A stretch of DNA of 38,881 nucleotides, taken from a virus. The stretch spans positions 1-38,881 of the IMG/VR virus record IMGVR_UViG_3300045988_103004. One strand, written 5' to 3'. Within the stretch, counting starts at the first letter, position 1; the number at the start of each line of letters is the position of its first letter. Made by a program: the position numbers and the translations under genes. Shown piece after piece: positions 18,857-25,543 of this stretch. Below the pieces are notes generated by a model, which had not been told where the DNA came from, did not search any database, and was given only the letters and a program-made list of their open reading frames with translations.

Positions 18857-20023
18857 ATGAAACTGTTAGAATCGATGAATACTGAAAATAATAATGTGGC
18901 TCAACAAGTAGATGATGGCGCTCTTATTAATTTCCAAGCAGCTGGTCAGCGTAGTGGATTGCTTTATGGTTGTAGCCTTACCACGTCAGGAAATAAGATA
19001 TATATCGATCCTGGTGTATTAATGATAAGAGGTTATAGACTAAAGATCGAAAGTAAGGAAGAAATTTATAATGCAAGTTCTTTGAGTTTTCCTTCAGTAA
19101 CTACCACTATGTATTTAATTCTTAGAATTACTAGAACAGGACATGATGCAACTTATAGCATATTCTTATCAGCGCAAGGTGCATCAATAACGACCCAGAT
19201 AGAAAAAGAAGAAGGTAGCTATGACTATCAATTAGCTAAAGTAGTTTTAATTTCTTCTGGAATAGCAAATGTTGTATCAACTATAGGAACGATTACTGCT
19301 AGTGCTAGTGGTAATACTGGCACAATAGGAATGCAGATACCTGCTCCAAAATTGGAAATAGTGGGTAATACCTCAGCACAATTAGCAAAAGCTTTTTTAT
19401 GTCTCGGTAATAAACAAGATTATTACAAGTTTACAAGTTCTTATGTAGTTAAGTTTGAATTTTATAGGTGGATGTCAAAAGGGAAATACCGCAAAAGAAA
19501 TGGCTCATCTAAAATTTACACATACAAAACTGGCTTTGTTAAAGTCTACGATCCTACAGGGAATGGAAGTTCCATGATAGGTTGGGAAGGCGATGTTAAA
19601 TTTAAAACAACTTTAAAGTATAGCGATATTACTCAACAAGAAATAGGATCAAATGGCAATTTTAAATACACAAAAGCAGTGATTGATAATATGCTTAATT
19701 ACGTGGATGGAATATTTCATGATAATGAACAAGATGATGGCCATGTAGCTAAAAATTCTGATGTATATAATATAAGGGCAACTAGAAGTAAATCGGTAAG
19801 TCCGTATGGGTGGCTAGGCAGAAAAATAGATGACCCAAAACCTGCTCGTCATAACTTCTTTAGATTTGCTTTCAAAGCTGTAGTTTATGATACAAATGGT
19901 AAAGAAGTAGGTAGATCAGACTTTAGCAATTCTGTACTTATTAGAGTAAACTACAGATATAAATCAGCTCTTTATACACAAGATTATGATATAGGCAAAT
20001 TTTTTAGAATTACATTAGTTTAA
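18857..20023 (+). CDS. tail protein, distant third paralog ('IDPGVLMIRGYRLKIESKEE' resembles the shared N-terminal domain)
   Basis: 388 aa; synteny; weak similarity to the N-terminal domain of the two preceding genes. Confidence 0.4.
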   Translation: MKLLESMNTENNNVAQQVDDGALINFQAAGQRSGLLYGCSLTTSGNKIYIDPGVLMIRGYRLKIESKEEIYNASSLSFPSVTTTMYLILRITRTGHDATYSIFLSAQGASITTQIEKEEGSYDYQLAKVVLISSGIANVVSTIGTITASASGNTGTIGMQIPAPKLEIVGNTSAQLAKAFLCLGNKQDYYKFTSSYVVKFEFYRWMSKGKYRKRNGSSKIYTYKTGFVKVYDPTGNGSSMIGWEGDVKFKTTLKYSDITQQEIGSNGNFKYTKAVIDNMLNYVDGIFHDNEQDDGHVAKNSDVYNIRATRSKSVSPYGWLGRKIDDPKPARHNFFRFAFKAVVYDTNGKEVGRSDFSNSVLIRVNYRYKSALYTQDYDIGKFFRITLV

Positions 20024-20030
20024 ATTTTAT

Positions 20031-20211
20031 TTTTAGGGCCCTTACTAGAGGGTGTAGAGAAATCAGGCGTAGCTGACTAAATGCTCCCCTCCGTGGATTA
20101 TGGCGAACTGCCGGGCATCAATATGTTGCTGGCGTAACGTTCTAGCCGCTTCAAATATAGATACTGCCGCCTTTTATTTACTCCCCTCACTTTCTAGTAA
20201 GGGCCCTAAAA
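20031..20211. repeat. 181-bp GC-rich element closed by perfect 18-bp terminal inverted repeats (TTTTAGGGCCCTTACTAG ... CTAGTAAGGGCCCTAAAA); MITE-like or structured RNA
   Basis: Perfect reverse-complement arms at 20031..20048 and 20194..20211; the interior is about 50% GC against a roughly 33% genome; internal direct repeats CTCCCCTC (x2) and ACTGCCG (x2); no ORF. Confidence 0.6.
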
Positions 20212-20239
20212 TCCATAAGCAAAGGAGGATAAACAGCAA

Positions 20240-21967
20240 ATGGAAAATGAATTAAGATTAAGACTCCATAATAATGGTAAATGGACTGAAATAATCGAAC
20301 AACCTGGCTTAGGAAATTCTTTTGAAAACAAAGCTACGACACTTGTTATAGAATTACCACAAAGCACCTATGGCTTTATGCACTTTTTAGAATTTTTAAA
20401 ACCATCAGGAAGTACTATTTCAACAGGCGCTATTGAAGAAAAAATAGATGATAGCGGAATCCATTATGTGGAATTTAAAGTAGTTAGCGGACTTATTGAT
20501 GAAAGAGGACGCTATCAAATGCAATATGTAGGTAGAAAAGGAAGTCAAACAATTACAGTTGTAAAGAGCGAGTTGAAAGCTTTAGATGTTTTTAAAAGTA
20601 TTAATTCAGGATTAGAAATTTCTATAAGTAATCCAGATTTTATTACATGGGCAACAGAAGAAATAAATAAAATGAGTAGTAGTATTTCCGAAGGCGATAA
20701 ATCAACACTTGAAGAAGCCAAGGCTTATGCTGATAAAAAGATTGCTGAAAAGCACTTAACTATTTATGGCGTTAGTGGCATAGGCGATGAAAACCCAGAA
20801 TTAACAAGAACTTATAATGCCGCAGGAATTAAACTTATTAAAACCAAAATAAATGGTAATATCGAAGTTACTGCTAACGATCCAGCGTTTCAAGAATTTT
20901 TTAACTTTAAAGAATCAACTGATGAACTAGGTAATGTGTTTGTGAACATTCCTCCTATGTCTTTTAAAATTGATAGAATTGAAAATAACGAAGTAAAAGC
21001 TATTTCTGTAAAATTATACGAAACAGGCGATGAAAATTTAGGTTTTGAGGTTCATCCGTTCTTTAGACACTATATTAACGAAACCGAGTGGGATGGTGTT
21101 ACTTCAAGACAAGTAGCTAAATACTTACTTTATTACCAAACAGAAGCTGATGGTGGCGATGGAAAAGTTCATTCTAAGTCTAATAAAAAATATGCAAGCA
21201 ATACATATTTAAATTGGGATAAAGGTAGACAAGCAATTAAAGATACTAAGGAAAGTTATGCGGTGATAAATTGGCATTTCATTTCATTCTTTAGATGGAT
21301 AACCTTGATTTATTTAGCTAGAGTAGATGTTTATAAATTTTTTGAAAAAGAAGATGTAGATGGTAAAGGCGATGAAGGAAATCCTATAGCACAACTATAT
21401 AATGCATGGAATTCAGAAACAGGACTAACAGATAGTATTGTTTCGCATACTGGTATGAATATAGAAAATACATCTATAAAATTATTCAATATTGATGATG
21501 CTTTACATGGCGTTTCATGCGGAGGTATTTATGTAAATAGTGAAGGAAAATATGGCTATTCAAATATCGCAGATTTTGATATTAACAAAGATACAGGAGC
21601 GGTAGAAGCACAGCAAGGAATTTTACAATCCATGTCTGTGGACAATGTAGAAGCTGACAATATAACTAAAATGGGTATTGTTGATGAAAACGAATATCTG
21701 CAAATGCCAGCAGCATTAAGGCTTGCAACATCAGATCTAACTTATGATTGTTCAAAAGCTTATCATAATTACTATTGTTCAAAAGCAAAATTTTGTGGTA
21801 ATCCAGCTGAAAGCGATAATCCTATTGGAAGAGCTCAAATTATATTCTTTGGTTGGACTGATGGACCATGTATAGATAATGGCCTCTTCTATTCTTACTG
21901 TTACTCTGGGGTCTACGACGCGTGGGCCGACCGCTACGGCTGCCGCCTTTGCAAACTCCCTTTATAG
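20240..21967 (+). CDS. DGR target protein (putative receptor-binding tail protein; the C-terminal about 25 aa are encoded by the variable repeat)
   Basis: 575 aa; the 3' end (21883..21952) is homologous to the downstream template repeat with mismatches only at template adenines; C-terminus '...FYSYCYSGVYDAWADRYGCRLCKLPL'. Confidence 0.8.
   Translation: MENELRLRLHNNGKWTEIIEQPGLGNSFENKATTLVIELPQSTYGFMHFLEFLKPSGSTISTGAIEEKIDDSGIHYVEFKVVSGLIDERGRYQMQYVGRKGSQTITVVKSELKALDVFKSINSGLEISISNPDFITWATEEINKMSSSISEGDKSTLEEAKAYADKKIAEKHLTIYGVSGIGDENPELTRTYNAAGIKLIKTKINGNIEVTANDPAFQEFFNFKESTDELGNVFVNIPPMSFKIDRIENNEVKAISVKLYETGDENLGFEVHPFFRHYINETEWDGVTSRQVAKYLLYYQTEADGGDGKVHSKSNKKYASNTYLNWDKGRQAIKDTKESYAVINWHFISFFRWITLIYLARVDVYKFFEKEDVDGKGDEGNPIAQLYNAWNSETGLTDSIVSHTGMNIENTSIKLFNIDDALHGVSCGGIYVNSEGKYGYSNIADFDINKDTGAVEAQQGILQSMSVDNVEADNITKMGIVDENEYLQMPAALRLATSDLTYDCSKAYHNYYCSKAKFCGNPAESDNPIGRAQIIFFGWTDGPCIDNGLFYSYCYSGVYDAWADRYGCRLCKLPL
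21883..21952 (+). repeat. DGR variable repeat (VR)
   Basis: cctcttctattctTactgtTacTCtGgggtcTacGacgcgtggGCcGacCGctacggctgccgcCttTgc; upper-case bases differ from the TR, and every difference lies opposite a TR adenine. Confidence 0.85.
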
Positions 21968-21977
21968 AGGGGTTGGT

Positions 21978-21995
21978 AAGGGGATACTTCCCCTT
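21978..21995. other. GC-rich hairpin (7-bp stem AAGGGGA/TCCCCTT, 4-nt loop TACT) 26 bp downstream of the VR; DGR cruciform/hairpin element
   Basis: Perfect stem-loop immediately 3' of the VR/IMH region, analogous to the hairpin required for efficient homing in characterised DGRs. Confidence 0.55.
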
Positions 21996-22085
21996 ATAAA
22001 ATAAACTTGCGAAGCAAGATAAGTATGATAAAATTTTAAGAAAGGGATTGTATTACCTTTGGCGTAGTTAGTGGCTAGTTTAGTT

Positions 22086-22158
22086 CCTCTTCTATTCTAA
22101 CTGTAACAATAGGGTCAACAACGCGTGGAACAACAACAACTACGGCTGCCGCATTAGC
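22086..22158 (+). repeat. DGR template repeat (TR)
   Basis: cctcttctattctaactgtaacaatagggtcaacaacgcgtggaacaacaacaactacggctgccgcattagc; rich in AAC codons when read in the VR frame; lies between the target gene and the RT. Confidence 0.85.
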
Positions 22159-22284
22159 TAAATAAATAAAATCTTTGTAATACAATTCCTGCTCCCTTGA
22201 GCAAAAGAAAATTCGATAAAGGGGCGGATTAGTAGCGTATAGATAATCGTCGAAAATCCGTTAGAGTTAGCAAAGGATTAAATT

Positions 22285-23295
22285 ATGAAAACATTAAAGA
22301 ACATCTACTCGAACCTTTACCAGCATGACACAATTAGAGATGTACTTACTGAATGTCTAAAAGACAAAAAGTATAGAAAAGAAATGCTGGGACGCTTAGA
22401 AGGTGACATTACTTATGTGCAATCATGCATGGGCACTTTTACCTTTAATAAAAAAGAAACTCATCAAGTGATAATTAGAGATCGTAAAAAAGAAAGAACG
22501 ATAACTATAAGCCCGTACTTTCCTAATAAGATATTTGATTATTTAGTTATTGCTCCATTAAAACCTATGATAAAGAAATCTATGTATAGGTGGAATGTGG
22601 GAAATGTAGAAGGTAGAGGAAAAGACATGGGAATACAGTTTCTTTATTCTCATATAAAAGGTTATAAGTATGCAATCAAACTAGACGTAAAGAAATTCTA
22701 TGACAACATAGACAAAAAGATTTTATTTAAATTGATTAAAAGAAAGGTATCAGATAGCGACTTTTTAAGAATGTATGAAGAAGTTATAGGAACAACTGGT
22801 AAAGGTCTTGATTTAGGCCTAAATTCAAGCCAGTGGCTAGCGAATTACTATTTGCAAGGCCTTGATTACTTCATAAAGCAAGAACTTAAAGCTGAAGTAT
22901 ATGTTCGCTATGTTGATGATATGATTATTCTGGGAAATAATAAAAGGAAATTGCATTATTTCATAAGAGCTATTAATCAATATTTAAAAGAAAAATTAAA
23001 TTTAAAATTAAAAGAAAATTATGCGTTGTTGAATTTAGAAAAAGGTGAAAGTGTGGAATTTGTGGGATACAAAATATCACATAAAGGAATACAACTTATA
23101 AAGCCTTTATTCCATAAGTTTATAAGACTCTACAAAAGAATGAAAGACATGTCAAAAAGACGTGCTAAAACGCTTGTTGCGCTTTGGGGATGGTTCAAAG
23201 CTACAACAGGTTCATACGCTTATTATATAAATCATTTAAGAGATACAATAATGTTCTCTGAAGTTAAAAGGTTATTAAGGAGGACCACAACATGA
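22285..23295 (+). CDS. DGR reverse transcriptase
   Basis: 336 aa; 'LDVKKFYDNID' (RT motif 2), 'LGLNSSQWLANYYLQGLD' (DGR-specific [IL]GxxxSQ motif that replaces QGxxxSP), 'YVRYVDDMIILG' (YxDD catalytic motif). Confidence 0.9.
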   Translation: MKTLKNIYSNLYQHDTIRDVLTECLKDKKYRKEMLGRLEGDITYVQSCMGTFTFNKKETHQVIIRDRKKERTITISPYFPNKIFDYLVIAPLKPMIKKSMYRWNVGNVEGRGKDMGIQFLYSHIKGYKYAIKLDVKKFYDNIDKKILFKLIKRKVSDSDFLRMYEEVIGTTGKGLDLGLNSSQWLANYYLQGLDYFIKQELKAEVYVRYVDDMIILGNNKRKLHYFIRAINQYLKEKLNLKLKENYALLNLEKGESVEFVGYKISHKGIQLIKPLFHKFIRLYKRMKDMSKRRAKTLVALWGWFKATTGSYAYYINHLRDTIMFSEVKRLLRRTTT

Positions 23296-23885
23296 CATCA
23301 GAATTCATAAATAAATTACTAGATGAACTCGAGGGAAGAGGAATAAGAAGAAATACAATTGAATGCATTTTACAAGAAGGATCATCTTTATACTTAGAAA
23401 ATCCTAACGATTTAGATTTTAAAGTAATTGTTAGTTATTATAACCCTAAGGCAGAAACATTTAGTCCTATTGTAATTGATGGCACAGCGGTAGAATGCTG
23501 CTTTTATACGCCACGTGACTGGAATAGGGTTTGTGATTATAAGAAAGCATACTTCATTGTGGAATGCCCAGATATGAAATGCGTATATGGCGACGACTCT
23601 AATTTTAAACGCTATGATGTGCTACATGACAAGAATTTACAAAAATACATAATTAATATCTATGATAAGTTTTTATTTAATGTAGATCCTAATAATAAGA
23701 AAATACAACCATTTAAAAAGAAACGTTTGTGGAATTTCTTATTATTTGCATATCGCATCAAAAATAATTCTTTAGAAGTTACACCAACACAACTTAACAC
23801 AATTCAAAATGCACATGATCAAAAAGTAGAAGTAGAATCATATCAAGTATTATTTGAAGATATTAAAAGAATTGTAAATGCCTAA
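23292..23885 (+). CDS. minimal nucleotidyltransferase-fold protein (Pol-beta superfamily, ANT-like), translationally coupled to the RT
   Basis: 197 aa; 'GSSLYLENPNDLDFKV' fits hG[GS]x9-13Dh[DE]h; ATGA overlap with the RT stop. Confidence 0.55.
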   Translation: MTSEFINKLLDELEGRGIRRNTIECILQEGSSLYLENPNDLDFKVIVSYYNPKAETFSPIVIDGTAVECCFYTPRDWNRVCDYKKAYFIVECPDMKCVYGDDSNFKRYDVLHDKNLQKYIINIYDKFLFNVDPNNKKIQPFKKKRLWNFLLFAYRIKNNSLEVTPTQLNTIQNAHDQKVEVESYQVLFEDIKRIVNA

Positions 23886-23888
23886 GAT

Positions 23889-23929
23889 AAAAGGAGCCCT
23901 AGGAATAACCTAAAGCTCCTTTTTTTTAC
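23889..23929. terminator. bidirectional rho-independent terminator
   Basis: Stem AAGGAGC (23891..23897) / GCTCCTT (23914..23920) followed by T7 (23921..23927); an A-rich stretch lies on the other side. Confidence 0.7.
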
Positions 23930-24120
23930 TTTTTAGATTTCTCTAAATCTTCGCGAATTAAACGCTTAATATAGGCTGATTGTTTGCCTACACCTTGTGA
24001 TTGAATCGCTGCTAATAAATCACCTTCTGTTTGTGGATTAAAGTGCAGCACAAAATCAACCATTTTAACTTTTTTTTGCCATCTTTCTTGTGGCGTGAGT
24101 TTTCTTTCTTTTTCTTCCAT
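23926..24120 (-). CDS. small ribbon-helix-helix-like DNA-binding protein
   Basis: 64 aa; '...GKQSAYIKRLIREDLEK' resembles the C-terminus of Arc/CopG-type RHH regulators. Confidence 0.45.
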   Translation of the reverse strand: MEEKERKLTPQERWQKKVKMVDFVLHFNPQTEGDLLAAIQSQGVGKQSAYIKRLIREDLEKSKK

Positions 24121-24185
24121 AGATAAAATACTCCTTTATTTTTATTATAAAAATGATACAATAATAATAGAAGTCAACCCCCAAA

Positions 24186-24232
24186 GGGGCCCCTGCCCTA
24201 GGACAGGGGGGAAGAGCAATTACTTGCTCTTC
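24186..24232. other. two adjacent GC-rich hairpins (CCCCTG..CAGGGG and GAAGAGCAA-ttac-TTGCTCTTC)
   Basis: 6-bp and 9-bp perfect stems lying between the two small minus-strand genes; the second overlaps the stop of the 24220..24324 ORF. Confidence 0.5.
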
Positions 24233-24324
24233 TTAGAACTTTTAGCAAGTTTAATGATATCACGGACAAGTTTAATCATTTCTAACTTGATTTGAAGTTC
24301 TAGGACTTCTTTTTTATTTGTCAT
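24220..24324 (-). CDS. very small hypothetical protein (34 aa, Lys-rich)
   Basis: ATG at 24324 preceded by GGAGGTT (complement of aacctcc at 24331..24337); 'MTNKKEVLELQIKLEMIKLVRDIIKLAKSSKKSK'. Confidence 0.3.
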   Translation of the reverse strand: MTNKKEVLELQIKLEMIKLVRDIIKLAKSSKKSK

Positions 24325-24355
24325 TTCTTTAACCTCCTTACATTATGTATTATAT

Positions 24356-24373
24356 CATAGTGCTAGCACTATG
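24356..24373. promoter_or_regulatory. perfect 18-bp palindrome CATAGTGCTAGCACTATG (operator candidate) in a divergent promoter region
   Basis: Exact reverse-complement symmetry; lies about 30 bp upstream of the minus-strand small ORF, abutting a TATAAT-like -10 element on the minus strand. Confidence 0.5.
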
Positions 24374-24519
24374 TCAATAGTTTTGAAAAATATTTATAAA
24401 AAATGCAAAAAAGTTTTTATATGTTATAATTAATTCGGCTCACAGATCATAACATAATGTCCGTAAAAATTAAAAAAAAATTTTATACTATTAAATTTGC
24501 TTTTTTTGACCGTATTTAA

Positions 24520-25026
24520 GTGAAAGAAATAGTAGAAGGACAGAAAGGAAGGAAAGCGAACATGTCCGCAGAATTAATTAGTCAGATCTGTAAAATTGCT
24601 TCGATAATTTTAACAGCAATAGTAATTATCCTTAGTGTTATTACAATGCTTTTGAAAAAGTCGAACAATAAAAAAGCACAAGAGATAGCTAGCAAACTTG
24701 AACATGCAACATCAGGAATTATTACGGTTAAAAATGTAATTCTTGAATTTATGGAACAAGCGGAACAATTCGTCAATTACACAGGCAATGATAAAAAATC
24801 CTGGGTGATTACCAAGACGAAAGAATACTGCATCCGTAATGGCATAGCTTATGACGATGAACTTATTGACTCTACACTAGAATCGCTCATCGAGTTTTCA
24901 AAAAGGGTTAATGCGCCTGATGAGAAAAAAGAAGAGGTCGCAGTTGAAGAGTCAACAGTTACAAATGTCAAGTCAGCTGGAGGAACTCAAGCACCAGCAG
25001 AAAAGGAGATCAAAATCAATGGTTAA
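24520..25026 (+). CDS. single-pass membrane protein (possible holin-like); the likely true start is ATG 24562 after ggaaggaaag
   Basis: Predicted TM helix 'ISQICKIASIILTAIVIILSVITMLL' followed by a charged, soluble C-terminal domain. Confidence 0.4.
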   Translation: MKEIVEGQKGRKANMSAELISQICKIASIILTAIVIILSVITMLLKKSNNKKAQEIASKLEHATSGIITVKNVILEFMEQAEQFVNYTGNDKKSWVITKTKEYCIRNGIAYDDELIDSTLESLIEFSKRVNAPDEKKEEVAVEESTVTNVKSAGGTQAPAEKEIKING

Positions 25027-25543
25027 AAGATTTTATGCATTAATTGCTACACACAAAGATCTAGGTGACCTAGAATCAAAAGCTCTTCAATGTGACAAGC
25101 ATGCCGTTGGCTTAACTAAATCAGGAAAGCTCTATAAATACAATTCACGTATTAAAGAGGCTACCGAGATTAGCGAAGAAGAAGCAGCTAACATACTTGA
25201 ATGCTCTATTGAAGATGTTAAGAAAATTAAAGAGAGTAAAGCTCGTTTTGTTTTTTCTGAACCAGTGGATGAGGTAAAAATTGTCCACCCAGTTATAGAA
25301 GAAACATTAGGCGAAGAAGAAACTCAAAATCCAGTAATTGAAAAAGAAGATGCTGAAGATGAAGAAGATGACGAAGTAGAAGATGAAGATCCTACTTCTG
25401 ATATTGATGATTTAATCGAATCAGTTGAAGATGCTTCAGCAGATGTCCAAGATGCCTTAGATAAAAACGCCGATAAAATTACAAATTTATTAACAAGAAT
25501 TGCAAATGCACTAGAAGATATTAATAAAAAACTTTTAGACTAA
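25018..25543 (+). CDS. hypothetical protein with a highly acidic C-terminal region (the ORF is open from 24911; the likely start is 25018 after aaaggag)
   Basis: 'MVKRFYALIATHKDLGDLESKALQCDKH...EDAEDEEDDEVEDEDPTSDIDDLIE'. Confidence 0.4.

Noticed and set aside
16586-20023. A second DGR variable region in the paralogous tail genes
   Set aside because: No additional copy of the TR core (for example 'acgcgtgg' flanked by aac-rich sequence) was noticed elsewhere in the window.
20031-20211. Inverted-repeat element as a plain rho-independent terminator
   Set aside because: An 18-bp stem enclosing a 145-nt loop with no downstream U-run does not fit the intrinsic terminator architecture.
21968-22085. 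An avd-like accessory ORF between the DGR target and the TR
   Set aside because: The interval is about 120 bp, occupied by hairpins, with no ORF of plausible size.
24095-24295. 66-aa plus-strand ORF spanning the GC hairpins
   Set aside because: It translates through two hairpins and the antisense of the small minus-strand gene; there is no RBS and the composition is Pro/Gly-biased as expected from GC-palindrome translation.
24911-25026. Apparent 116-nt overlap of two long plus-strand ORFs suggesting a frameshifted single gene
   Set aside because: A good RBS (aaaggag) precedes an in-frame ATG at 25018 that overlaps the upstream stop (ATGGTTAA); two separate, translationally coupled genes is the simpler reading.
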